A DNA stretch of 64,000 nucleotides, taken from contig OZ024750.1 in assembly GCA_964016885.1 (NCBI GenBank), forward strand, positions 29,636,001 through 29,700,000, written 5' to 3'. Made by a program: the position numbers and the translations under genes. This stretch comes from Eledone cirrhosa. Taxonomy: Eukaryota. This document shows positions 38,486 to 51,614 of this stretch, one piece after another (positions within the stretch are counted from its first letter, which is position 1; the number at the start of each line of letters is the position of its first letter). Under the pieces are notes generated by a model, which did no database searches, was not told the origin of the DNA, and saw only the letters and a list, made by a program, of their open reading frames with translations.

Positions 38486-38850
38486 GTGTATATAATGGTA
38501 GCTATGGTGCTTCCATAGGCGGTATGCCAAAATTAGCACTCAATATTCATACAGAGCAGAGTGTGGATAGTATAAAAAAACGAAAAATCAGTGATGCATC
38601 TGGACTCAGTTTATTGCGTGTTACAATTGTTTCGCCGGCAGGTAGCTCGAGACATGATTACTGTATGGATCTGGCTGATTCTACGGCTGCAGGTTCCTTC
38701 GGACACGGGCAGTTCGTTCGGAGCAAATTTTCCGTAGACTCAGCCAGATTCATACAGTGATCATGTCACGAGCTACCTGCCGGCGAAACAATTGTAACAC
38801 GCAATAAACTGAGTCCAGATGCATCACTGATTTTTCGTTTTTTTATACTA
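38484..38850 (-). mobile_element. Foldback element in (TA)n with core-deleted hammerheads (family E)
   Basis: Arms 38568-38688 and 38732-38850; CAUGU C(A/U)CGA GCU ACCUGCC GGC GAAA CAAUUG UA/ACACG; tail with GAGTGC (-) at 38536. Confidence 0.75.
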
Positions 38851-39729
38851 TATATATTTATATATATATACGTGTGTGTGTGTAATAAATTATAATATGC
38901 ATATAATGATGTGCACACAAAATACACCAGGAAATAGAAATATTGACATTAAAATATCAGTTTACTCCTGGCGTGGTTCTGTGTTTCGATTGGTAACTAT
39001 ATATCATCAGCAGAAGAAAGAACCGTGTATCTGTAGCAGTTTTGTTTCTGTTGTTTTAATATAGATTTGTGTTATTTTAGTGAAATTTTGCATGACTGTA
39101 CAAGACTGCTTTAGGGTCCCAGGGAGGGGATGAGTTTTCTCAAAATTCAAGAGAGCTGAAATAGGGTTACTTAGATATTCAAGAGCGTCACTTTATCTCT
39201 CTGAGTCCTTGGCTAGTGTAACAGATAACCCCTTTTTTACTTATAAGCTCTATCAACAAACGTGAAGTATCCACCCTCGAAACATACCCTACATTGAATA
39301 AAGTACTCGTGGGTATATTATGTTTGAAGAACAACATTCCGTTAGTACTGTCATGGCTGGAGCGCTTTTGGTTACATAATTGTTCAATGATGGTTGACCA
39401 GTGACAAAAGGAAGTTTGTCTGGCAAGTAAGGATGTCTCTACAAGATCACTCGTTTACTAGAAATAATTACCAGGTCTCCCCTTAAAACACACGTTAAAA
39501 AGAAGAAAGAACCCATTGAATGTGTAGGTGAGCAGCCAAATGGTTTGTGTGTTTGTCTCAAGATCGTTAAGTCGTAGGTTCAATCCCCCATTTGAAACTA
39601 CAACACGCAGGAATCGATCTAACGACATTACGATCGTACGTCAAGTATTCTAACCATTAGGCCATGCGTTTTTACCATGAGACAACGGTCATCTTTGAAT
39701 GTCTCCCATGGGATTACATACTTATGTGA

Positions 39730-40562
39730 AAGTCTTCTACGATACTACAGACATTTTATGACATCTACTACGATACTACAGACATTTGACATCAGCTACA
39801 ATATTACAGACATCTTATGACATTCTACTATAGTACATACATCTTATGACATCTATTATATTATAGACATCTTATGACGTCTTGTATAATACTACAGATA
39901 TTTTATGACGTCTTGTACAGTACTACATTTTATGACGTCATCTACAATACTACAGACATCTTATGACGTCTTCTACGATACTACAGACATCTTACGGCAT
40001 CTACTATACTATAGGCATCTTATGGCGTCTACTACAATACTACATACATCTTATGACATCTACTACACTACATACATCTTATGACGTCTTCTACGATACA
40101 ACATGCATCTTATGACATCTACTAAGCTATTATAGATATCTTATGACGTCATCTACTATACTATAGACATCTTATGACGTCTTCTTCAATACTACAGATA
40201 TGTTATGGCGTCATCTACGATACTACAGACATCTTATGACGTCTTCTAAGATGCTACAGATATGTTAGGATGTCTCTTCTACGATACTACAGATATGTTA
40301 GGATGTCTTCTACGATACTGCAGACATTTTATGACGTCTTCTACTATACTGTAACCATGTTAAGATGTCTGTAGTATTATATAAGACTTTCTATGACATC
40401 TATTATACTACAGACATCTTACGACGTCTCTGCGATACTATAGACATGTAAGAAAGTCTTCTACTATACTACAGACATCTTATGACATCTACGATACTAT
40501 AGACATGTAAGAAAGTCTTCTACTATACTACAGACATCTTATGACATCTACAATACTACAGA
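39730..40562. repeat. Degenerate minisatellite with about 27-31-bp units
   Basis: Recurring TACTACAGACATCTTATGAC(G/A)TC(TTC)TAC. Confidence 0.9.
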
Positions 40563-40710
40563 CCCGACCCTTCTTCTACAGAAGTCAATGAAACAGTAAA
40601 TATTAATGAAATAGACATACCATTCTATGTATCTAGTCAGTGGTTCCTTGTTAATAGAGCTGCACCGTTTATTGTATATGGCAACACCTAGAAAAAAACA
40701 ACAAAGACGG

Positions 40711-41172
40711 ACAATATAATTAGCTGCTAAGAATTACAGAGCAGGTATTTATTCATGTTAAGGGCGGTGGGTTGACAGAATCGGTAGAGCGTTGGACAAA
40801 ATGTTTTACAATATAATTAGCTGCTAAGAATCACAGAGCAGGTATTTATTCATGTTAAGGGCGGTGGGTTGACAGAATCGGTAGAGCGTTGGACAAAATG
40901 TTTTACAATATAATTAGCTGCTAAGAATCACAGAGCAGGTATTTATTCATGTTAAGGGCGGTGGGTTGACAGAATCGGTAGAGCGCTGGGCAAAATGTTT
41001 TGCAGTATTTAGCAGCGACTTTCTACGTTCTGAGTTCAAATCCCGTCGAGGTCAACGTTGCCCCTCATCCTTTCGGGAGTCGATAAAATAAAGTACCAGT
41101 TAAGTACTGGGGTCCGTGTAATCGACTTTCCCATCCCACAAATTGCTGGCCTTGTGCCTACATTAGAAATCT
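40711..41172 (+). mobile_element. Family A SINE whose head plus upstream flank is triplicated (about 97-bp unit)
   Basis: Units start at 40711, 40808 and 40905; the last continues into B-box, central domain and tail. Confidence 0.85.
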
Positions 41173-41517
41173 TTATTTAGTTAGGGTGACATTGACTTTT
41201 AATCAGAAAGATTTCTAAATATCTGTTCCATTTTTTTCTTTGAAAGATTTCGGCTGTGCTCAGAACTGGAGAGGGATGGGTTCCGCCAGGTTTAAATAGC
41301 CATGACATGCCGTATGTCACAACAAACCCCACCCCCTTACAACTCTATCATGTGTTAAGGGCACATGCCAGGAGGGATAGAGGCACAAGGTCAAAACATT
41401 CGGGGGAGCGGTAACAATCAATGGTATTGGCTCCGGAAGGATAAAAATCTGAAGTGTTTGCACAGAGAGAGGTGGAACGAATATCATTAAACGTTCGTAA
41501 TGAATCTGTCACTCGCA

Positions 41518-42000
41518 ACCACCACCACCACCATCACCACTACGACCACCATCACCACCACGACTACCATAACCATCGCCACCACCACCACCACCACCAC
41601 CACTACGACCACCATACCACCACCACCATAACACCCGCCACCATCGCCATCTCCACCGCCGCCATCACCATCTTCACCATAACCACCGCCGCCATCACCA
41701 CCATCACCATCGCCACCATCACTACCACCACCACCATCATCACCATCACCATCACCACCACCATCACCATCACCACCACCATCATCACCATCAACATCAC
41801 CACCACCATCATCACCTCCGCCACCATCACCATCTCCACCACCGCCACCAACACCACCACCACCACCATCACCATCACCACCACCATCATCACCATCAAC
41901 ATCACCACCACCATCATCACCTCCGCCACCATCACCATCTCCACCACCGCCACCAACACCACCACCACCACCATCACCACCACCACCAACACCATCACGA
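41518..42000. repeat. CAC/CAT triplet array
   Basis: Direct reading. Confidence 0.95.
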
Positions 42001-42778
42001 CTCTATGAATTAGTAGAGAACTTAAAATCTTGAAACTCAGGAAAAATTCATTAAAAAAATGTTTAAATCATAATCTGTCATTTTGACAACATAAGTAAGA
42101 CTACATAGATGTGTGTGTGGGGGGGGGGGGGGCAAGTGTGTGTGTCGTGTGTGTATGGGGGGGGGACAAGTGGGTGTGGGGGCGGCGGACAAGTGTGTGT
42201 ATGCGCCGTGTTGTGTATGTATGTCGCATATGTGTGTCTCGTGTATGTCGTATGTGCGCGTGAAGAGGGTATGTATATGAGTGTGTGTGTGTGTATGAGT
42301 GTGTATATGAGTGTGTGTGCGTGTATGTGTAAGAAGGTGTGCGTCAGTTCTTCCCGCCTCACAAAGGGAACGCCAAATTGTGACAATCGGTTTCCATGGA
42401 GATATTGACCCATTAAAAGTATGAGACTACAATTACGTTGATGCTACACGTGTCTGTAGAATGTTCAGGCACATAATTTCCTGAAGTTGATGTTTTGTTG
42501 GTCGAACAACTGGAACACTCATCGTCGAAACCGACGGATGTCCATTCCAAGTTCATTGCACAATCACCACAATTTGGTTTCTATTTGAACAGGGCGTTGG
42601 AAGGAATCCTCTGTGGTGTTTGTTCCGACTTCGTGTGCTCTGAGCAACCCTGGACTTACCTATAAGCTAAATAAGCTAGGGGTTAGGGCCATACACGCTC
42701 GGGGGCGTCATTTAAAAAAATATATATATTTTTTTATTTTATCATCAGTTTTTTATTCTTTAACATTAAATCATCAAA

Positions 42779-42831
<53 letters not shown>

Positions 42832-42860
42832 CCCACTCTACTACCCCAAGTATTGAGTAC

Positions 42861-44990
42861 TTGTTATCCTAGTAACTTGTGTATAACTTCCTGCCCATTT
42901 CTCCAGCAATGTCCCGCAAGTCTTTGAGCAATTGTAGTTGTTATCCTAGTAACTTGTGTATAACTTCCTACCCAGTTCTCCAGCAATGTCCCGCAAGTCT
43001 TTGAGCAATTGTAGTTGTTATCCTAGTAACTTGTGTATAACTTCCTACCCAGTTCTCCAGCAATGTCCCGCAAGTCTTTGAGCAATTGTAGTTGTTATCC
43101 TAGTAACTTGTGTATAACTTCCTGCCCATTTCTCCAGCAATGTCCCGCAAGTCTTTGAACAATTGTAGTTGTTATCCTAGTAACTTGTGTATAACTTCCT
43201 GCCCTTTTCTCCAGCAATGTCCCGCAAGTCTTTGAGCAATTGTAGTTGTTATCCTAGTAACTTGTGTATAACTTCCTGCCCTTTTCTCCAGCAATGTCCC
43301 GCAAGTCTTTGAGCAATTGTAGTTGTTATCCTAGTAACTTGTGTATAACTTCCTGCCCTTTTCTCCAGCAATGTCCCGCAAGTCTTTGAGCAATTGTAGC
43401 TGTTATCCTAGTAACTTGTGTATAACTTCCTGCCCATTTCTCCAGCAATGTCCCGCAAGTCTTTGAGCAATTGTAGTTGTTATCCTAGTAACTTGTGTAT
43501 AACTTCCTGCCCTTTTCTCCAGCAATGTCCCGCAAGTCTTTGAGCAATTGTAGCTGTTATCCTAGTAACTTGTGTATAACTTCCTACCCAGTTCTCCAGC
43601 AATGTCCCGCAAGTCTTTGAGCAATTGTAGCTGTTATCCTAGTAACTTGTGTATAACTTCCTACCCAGTTCTCCAGCAATGTCCCGCAAGTCTTTGAGCA
43701 ATTGTAGTTGTTATCCTAGTAACTTGTGTATAACTTCCTACCCAGTTCTCCAGCAATGTCCCGCAAGTCTTTGAGCAATTGTAGTTGTTATCCTAGTAAC
43801 TTGTGTATAACTTCCTACCCAGTTCTCCAGCAATGTCCCGCAAGTCTTTGAGCAATTGTAGCTGTTATCCTAGTAACTTGTGTATAACTTCCTACCCAGT
43901 TCTCCAGCAATGTCCCGCAAGTCTTTGAGCAATTGTAGCTGTTATCCTAGTAACTTGTGTATAACTTCCTACCCAGTTCTCCAGCAATGTCCCGCAAGTC
44001 TTTGAGCAATTGTAGTTGTTATCCTAGTAACTTGTGTATAACTTCCTACCCAGTTCTCCAGCAATGTCTATAACTTCCTACCCAGTTCTCCAGCAATGTC
44101 CCGCAAGTCTTTGAGCAATTGTAGCTGTTATCCTAGTAACTTGTGTATAACTTCCTACCCAGTTCTCCAGCAATGTCCCGCAAGTCTTTGAGCAATTGTA
44201 GCTGTTATCCTAGTAACTTGTGTATAACTTCCTACCCAGTTCTCCAGCAATGTCCCGCAAGTCTTTGAGCAATTGTAGCTGTTATCCTAGTAACTTGTGT
44301 ATAACTTCCTACCCAGTTCTCCAGCAATGTCCCGCAAGTCTTTGAGCAATTGTAGCTGTTATCCTAGTAACTTGTGTATAACTTCCTACCCAGTTCTCCA
44401 GCAATGTCCCGCAAGTCTTTGAGCAATTGTAGCTGTTATCCTAGTAACTTGTGTATAACTTCCTACCCAGTTCTCCAGCAATGTCCCGCAAGTCTTTGAG
44501 CAATTGTAGCTGTTATCCTAGTAACTTGTGTATAACTTCCTGCCCATTTCTCCAGCAATGTCCCGCAAGTCTTTGAACAATTGTAGCTGTTATCCTAGTA
44601 ACTTGTGTATAACTTCCTGCCCTTTTCTCCAGCAATGTCCCGCAAGTCTTTGAACAATTGTAGCTGTTATCCTAGTAACTTGTGTATAACTTCCTGCCCA
44701 TTTCTCCAGCAATGTCCCGCAAGTCTTTGAACAATTGTAGTTGTTATCCTAGTAACTTGTGTATAACTTCCTGCCCTTTTCTCCAGCAATGTCCCGCAAG
44801 TCTTTGAGCAATTGTAGCTGTTATCCTAGTAACTTGTGTATAACTTCCTGCCCTTTTCTCCAGCAATGTCCCGCAAGTCTTTGAGCAATTGTAGCTGTTA
44901 TCCTAGTAACTTGTGTATAACGTCCTGCTTACTTCTCCAGCAATGTCCCGCAGATCATAACTCTTTGAGTAGTTGCAGTTGTTATCCTAG
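42861..44990. repeat. 77-bp minisatellite, about 27 units, derived from RTE-X-like ORF2
   Basis: Unit TTGTTATCCTAGTAACTTGTGTATAACTTCCT..TCTCCAGCAATGTCCCGCAAGTCTTTGAGCAATTGTAG; minus strand reads QRLAGHCWRNGQEVIHKLL. Confidence 0.95.
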
Positions 44991-45211
44991 GTAGGACGTT
45001 CACATAGTATCTAACTGCCGTGTTTTCTATCTGTTCCCAAAGCTAGACTCAACTGACAGCGCTGTGTAACACTGAGATATCTGAAACATCGCTGCAGTGT
45101 TTGTTTTATCTAAAATAACCACAGAATATTAATTATTTTTCAACTCTCTCATATCTTGTCTGATAGCATTGATAAGATATTTTTGTAGAGGCTATCTATT
45201 CAGTGTGTTAC

Positions 45212-45275
<64 letters not shown>

Positions 45276-45333
45276 CTGCTATATGTACACAGTGCAGTAC
45301 CATGCTGTGTGTTCTGTGCTAGTTAGACACACG

Positions 45334-45370
<37 letters not shown>

Positions 45371-45794
45371 GCACATCCGCAAACAGGCACAAACACACAC
45401 ACACACACACACACACAAACAAACAAGCACACCCAGAAATCGCGCGTTTACACAACGTTTACAGATGTTTCCAGACACACATAAATGTGTGTATGTATCT
45501 ACGTTTATGTATGTGTGGGTGAGGCGAGAGCAGTAAAGAATGTTGTGAGCCCCTCTCAACAAGCCCACCCCCCTCCGAGTCAGTGCCTGGTTTCAACGAT
45601 ACCTAATTAGATTCTCTATTACTACTGTGGCTAATTAGTCGTGCCTGAAAGGAATAGGTGTGATCCTTTGTTTTATAGACAAGGTGAAGAGGACTTATCT
45701 ATTCTACCGTAGTAACAACTCAGATATAAACGTATAAATTATCCCTGATTTTCTTTGACACCACCACCGCCACCACCACCACTACTGTCATCTC

Positions 45795-46392
<598 letters not shown>

Positions 46393-46395
<3 letters not shown>

Positions 46396-46558
46396 CGAAG
46401 AAGTTGTGGTAAGGAACCAGATGGACCATAACGCACCAGAGTGGGTAATAGGAAAATGTATGACCCCGACGGCAGAGCTCAAGCCGTTTCGACGGCTATT
46501 TCTGGACTGAAATAGCCGTCGAAACGGCTTGAGCACTGCCGTCGGGGTCATACATTTT

Positions 46559-46562
<4 letters not shown>
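46393..46562 (-). mobile_element. Family D foldback element (hammerhead 3' halves)
   Basis: Palindrome about 46448-46562; GAAACGGCUUGAGC(A/U)CUGCCGUC/GGGGUC. Confidence 0.75.
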
Positions 46563-46602
<40 letters not shown>

Positions 46603-46605
<3 letters not shown>

Positions 46606-46879
46606 CCAAATGTTAATAAGTTTCATTGATTACTCAATGAATATAGTTTTACAAAAGATTAAAAGCACTCAACAAGGAAGTTTTCTGGAGTTATTAATAT
46701 TATTCAAAATGACTGCCAAGACTGGAATTGAACCATCAATACAGTTGAGGTATGTCATACATCAATTCATGTATTTTATCTGATGAGGACGTATTGAAAA
46801 AACAGCACAGTACCTCCGAAATATATATAATAAAACATATATTTTGATTATGTGAATGTCTCCATTTATTAATATTTTG

Positions 46880-46885
<6 letters not shown>
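46603..46885. mobile_element. Inverted/permuted HHR element with a plus-strand hammerhead at 46774-46835
   Basis: UUUUAU CUGAUGA(46780-86) GGA C GUAUUG..CAGUAC C UCC GAAA UAUAUA UA/AUAAAA; the left part is the inverted tail of the 62753-63008 family. Confidence 0.85.
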
Positions 46886-46928
<43 letters not shown>

Positions 46929-47065
46929 AACATAAATACATAAACGGGGAAAGCTAATAGCGATACTCCGACCATTTTCCAACTCACTCAATAAACTTTA
47001 GGAAATACCGGAGTATATTCCCAATTAAACGTTTATATGAGACATATTGAAAATCTCATATATAT

Positions 47066-47388
47066 ATATAAATATTAATAAAATAGATGTTCTTTTGATC
47101 AATTACATTTTATTATACATATTTCGGATGTACAACAGTACGTCCTCATCAGACAAAATATAATGATACATGACATACCCTGAGATGTTAAATGGTTAAG
47201 ATTTGAAGAGGACGTACTGTTGTACATCCGAAATATGTATAATAAAATGTAATTGATCAAAAGAACATCTATTTTATTAATATTTATATTTTAATATTAA
47301 TAACTCCGGAAAATTATTTCTCCGTAGAGTGCTTCCAATCTACTATAAAACGTATTCTTTGACATAATCATTGAATATCGTTTAACAC

Positions 47389-47392
<4 letters not shown>
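47066..47392 (+). mobile_element. Foldback HHR element: intact minus hammerhead at 47106-47160, stem-I-truncated plus copy at 47203-47250
   Basis: Minus: UAUUUUGU CUGAUGA GGA C GUAC UGUU GUAC A UCC GAAA UAUGUA UA/AUAAAAUG; tail GAGTGC at 47327. Confidence 0.85.
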
Positions 47393-47446
<54 letters not shown>

Positions 47447-47679
47447 AGAGAGAGTCGAAACGAAATTGTGTGAGAGTGAAGGATAGTCAGAAAGATAAAA
47501 GAGGGGAGAACTAAAATATTGAGAGAAGGGTCATATATATATATATATATATATACTATAAAGTATGTCCATAGAATCATTTGATAATATATATACACCA
47601 TTTCCTCTCCCAATTAGCATAATCAACCACACAAAAACCAATTAAACTAGGCTATAAGAATATATATCTATATATATAT

Positions 47680-47885
47680 GATATTAAATAAAATGAAACT
47701 ATATTTATAAAACCATATTTATTTCGTTATATATATTTCAGGGATATCATATTAACAATATGTTATGCCTTCTTCAGACAAAATACAATATCATAAATAT
47801 ACTCCAAATACTTGTTGAGTGCTTTTATATCAGTTATAAATATTTACTCGTTGTTAACCCAACAATTTAAATATAACTTTCCATG
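47680..47885. mobile_element. HHR element with a minus-strand hammerhead at 47720-47785 joined to a plus-strand tail
   Basis: UAUUUUGU CUGAAGA AGG C AUAACAUAUU..AAUAUGAUAU C CCU GAAA UAUAUA UA/ACGAAAUA; GAGTGC at 47817; same family as 55402-55855. Confidence 0.85.
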
Positions 47886-48055
47886 TATCTATATATATAT
47901 ATATATATATTCTTATAGCCTATAGCTTATGTGTTTTGGCCTTTTAACATATGTTGTAGCTCTGGTTCGTTAGAATCTAGAATCTATTGAGCGCTTGTCA
48001 CACCTCGGAAGTTGTTTTTCGCTAAATTCCAATAGCCGAAATACGATTCTCGCTA

Positions 48056-48086
<31 letters not shown>

Positions 48087-48090
<4 letters not shown>

Positions 48091-48583
48091 GGAGGTGAGT
48101 TTTATTGTAGCACAATAAAGCAATGCAAATATCGTATAAGTAGCACTCTACAGTTTGTAGGACTGGAGTATAAATAATTGTTTCTACTTTAGGCACAAGG
48201 CCAGCAATTACCCAGTGCATTACTGGTACTTTATTTTATCGACCCCGTAAGGATGAAAGGCAAAGTCAACCTCGGCGGGATTTGAACTCAGATCGTAAAG
48301 GGACGTAACTATGCTGGAAAGCATGGCGTCCGACCCTCTACCGATACTGCCAATCCACCATCCACTGGAGTATAAATAATATAAGATCAAAAGATGGTTA
48401 AAAGTGAAGTTTTAAATCAACATATGTTGATTTAAAACTTCACTATTCACAAGTGTTTTTTAACCTTCATATCATGTATTCCTATTTTATCTGATGAAAA
48501 CGCAGATATCACCTCATGATGATATTTGTTTTTGAAATGCGCATAATAAAATACTTGGAACACTTTTAACCATCTTTTGATCT

Positions 48584-48590
<7 letters not shown>
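48087..48590. mobile_element. HHR element (family of 45938-46350) with a nested family A SINE; plus hammerhead at 48483-48553
   Basis: UAUUUUAU CUGAUGA(48491-97)..GAAA(48534-37) UGCGCA UA/AUAAAAUA; SINE flanked by 17-bp TSD ACTGGAGTATAAATAAT (48162-78 and 48364-80). Confidence 0.85.
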
Positions 48591-48649
<59 letters not shown>

Positions 48650-48791
48650 TCTCATTATTTCAGTTCCCCCCTTTTTTCTTTCTTCTCATATCTGAATATC
48701 TAACGAAGCCTGCTAGAAAGAAGTGAATGTGGGGGAGCGAGAGAGAGAGAGAGATAGGAGTGTGTGTATGAACATATGTGTGTGTGTGTGA

Positions 48792-48825
<34 letters not shown>

Positions 48826-48844
48826 GTGCGTGCGTGTTTGTATT

Positions 48845-48899
<55 letters not shown>

Positions 48900-49269
48900 G
48901 TAAATATATATATATAAACAGAGAGAGAGAGAGAGATGTGGGGTGGTGAGATAGAGGTATGTGGGGTGGGAAGGGTAGGGTATAGATAAGTGGAGTGTGG
49001 TGGGGAGGAAGGTGGGAGAGAGAGAGAGATATGTAGGATGGGGGATACGAGAGATGTCTTGATAATATGTTGTTAGTTCGTCACCAATGAAAGGAATCAA
49101 TGGTGACTAAAATGTGGCCCCAGACTGCGGAAAAGAAGGAAATATAAGAGCTAACATAGAAATCCTTAAGGGAATGTTCTCTAACTTCTCCACATTTCAC
49201 AAGATAAACAGATAAGATAAAAAAACATGGTGAGAATAATGTCCCTCTAGCTAGCAGATATATAGCGGG

Positions 49270-50730
49270 AGGTGTGTGGCTGAGTGGTTTAGGTGTTGGG
49301 CTTAACGATCATAACGTCGTGGGGCGTGGGGCCTAGTGGTTAGGATGTTGGGCTTAACGATCATAACGTCGTGGGGTGTGGGGCCTAGTGGTTAGGGTGT
49401 TGGGCTTAACGATCATAACGTCGTGGGGCCTAGTGGTTAGGGTGTTGGGCTTAACGGTCATAACGTCGTGGGGCGTGAGGCCTAGTAGTTAGGGTGTTGG
49501 GCTTAACGGTCATAACGTCGTGGGGCGCGGGGCTTAGTGGTTAGGGTGTTGGGCTTAACGATCATAACGTCGTGGGGCGTGGGGCCTAGTGGTTTAGGAT
49601 GTTGGGCTTAACGATCATAACGTCGTGGGGCGTGAGGCCTAGTAGTTAGGGTGTTGGGCTTAACGATCATAACGTCGTGGGGCGCGGGGCCTAGTGGTTA
49701 GGGTGTTGGGCTTAACGGTCATAACGTCGTGGGGCGCGGGGCTTAGTGGTTAGGGTGTTGGGCTTAACGATCATAACGTCGTGGGGCGCGGGGCTTAGTG
49801 GTTAGGGTGTTGGGCTTAACGATCATAACGTCGTGGGGCCTAGTGGTTAGGGTGTTGGGCTTAACGGTCATAACGTCGTGGGGCGTGAGGCCTAGTAGTT
49901 AGGGTGTTGGGCTTAACGGTCATAACGTCGTGGGGCGCGGGGCTTAGTGGTTAGGGTGTTGGGCTTAACGATCATAACGTCGTGGGGCGTGGGGCCTAGT
50001 GGTTTAGGATGTTGGGCTTAACGATCATAACGTCGTGGGGCGTGAGGCCTAGTAGTTAGGGTGTTGGGCTTAACGATCATAACGTCGTGGGGCGCGGGGC
50101 CTAGTGGTTAGGGTGTTGGGCTTAACGGTCATAACGTCGTGGGGCGCGGGGCTTAGTGGTTAGGGTGTTGGGCTTAACGATCATAACGTCGTGGGGCGCG
50201 GGGCTTAGTGGTTAGGGTGTTGGGCTTAACGATCATAACGTCGTAGGGCGCGGGGCCTAGTGGTTAGGGTGTTGGGCTTAACGATCATAACGTCGTAGGG
50301 CGCGGGGCCTAGTGGTTAGGGTGTTGGGCTTAACGATCATAACGTCGTAGGGCGCGGGGCCTACTGGTTAGGGTGTTGGGCTTAACGATCATAACGTCGT
50401 GGGGCGCGGGGCCTAGTGGTTAGGGTGTTGGGCTTAACGATCATAACGTCGTGGGGCGCGGGGTTTAGTGGTTAGGGTGTTGGACTTACGGTCATAATGT
50501 CATGGGTTCGATTCCCAATCATAAAACTTACGACAAAGGGAAATTTCCTAATCACAGTACAGTGTGGCCTAGTGGTAACAGTGTTGGTCATAATGTCATG
50601 GGTTCGATTCCTGGTCTAGGCGGTATGTTGTGTTTCTAAGCAAAACACTTCATTTCATGTTGCTCCAGTATATTCAGCTGAAAATGAGTACCAGCAATAT
50701 CTTGGGGTTTAACCCAGCGATCGACTGGTG
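49270..50730 (+). repeat. 52-bp satellite (about 24 units) made from the tRNA-like head of a family B SINE, ending in the SINE body
   Basis: Unit GGGGCGCGGGGCCTAGTGGTTAGGGTGTTGGGCTTAACGATCATAACGTCGT; the final unit runs into GGTTCGATTCC and the CORE-like domain follows at about 50628. Confidence 0.92.
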
Positions 50731-51055
50731 TCCATTTTTTTATGTTTAGAATCTCTTACTATTTTGTCCTCTCATATATTAATTTTATTTTTTAATTTGT
50801 AGTAGTTGTAGTTGTTGTTGTGGTGTAGTAGTTGTAGTAGTTGTTGTGGTGTGGTTGTAGTTGTTGTAGTAGTTGTTGTAGTAGTTGTTGTGGTGTGGTT
50901 GTAGTTGTTGTAGTAGTTGTTATAGTAGTAGTTGTAGTTGTATTACTTGTTGTATTCTTTTATTTTGTCTTTCGATTTTTTTTTTCTTTTAAGAGAAATA
51001 AAAGAAAATGTACGTTTTACTGTTTATAAATTTCTGGGCTACATTTGTCTCGTAA

Positions 51056-51560
51056 TTTAGTCTGAGGTGGTGTGATGGGACTATAGTAGTTGTATAGTAC
51101 TGGAGTTAGTGTTTAGTCTGAGATGGTGTGATGGGACTATAGTAGTTGTATAGTACTGGAGTTAGTGTTTAGTCTGAGATGGTGTGATGGGACTATAGTA
51201 GTTGTATAGTACTGGAGTTAGTGTTTAGTCTGAGATGGTGTGATGGGACTATAGTAGTTGTATAGTACTGGAGTTAGTGTTTAGTCTGAGATGGTGTGAT
51301 GGGACTATAGTAGTTGTATAGTACTGGAGTTAGTGTTTAGTCTGAGATGGTGTGATGGGACTATAGTAGTTGTATAGTACTGGAGTTAGTGTTTAGTCTG
51401 AGATGGTGTGATGGGACTATAGTAGTTGTATAGTACTGGAGTTAGTGTTTAGTCTGAGATGGTGTGATGGGACTATAGTAGTTGTATAGTACTGGAGTTA
51501 GTGTTTAGTCTGAGATGGTGTGATGGGACTATAGTAGTTGTATAGTACTGGAGTTAGTGT
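51056..51560. repeat. 56-bp minisatellite, 9 near-identical units
   Basis: Unit TTAGTCTGAGATGGTGTGATGGGACTATAGTAGTTGTATAGTACTGGAGTTAGTGT. Confidence 0.98.
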
Positions 51561-51614
51561 AAACATTACACACACACATACATACACACATATATACACA
51601 CATATATATATATA

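Noticed and set aside
38965-39020. Minus-strand CUGAUGA...GAAAC next to the family E element
   Set aside because: Weak stem II and no NUH site in register; at most a decayed motif
42861-44990. Regular arrays that might be taken for CRISPR (also 14488, 32276, 49270, 51056)
   Set aside because: Head-to-tail units without unique spacers, no cas genes, eukaryotic context
49270-50520. Possible tRNA gene cluster
   Set aside because: Units lack the T-arm and acceptor 3' strand; they derive from a SINE head
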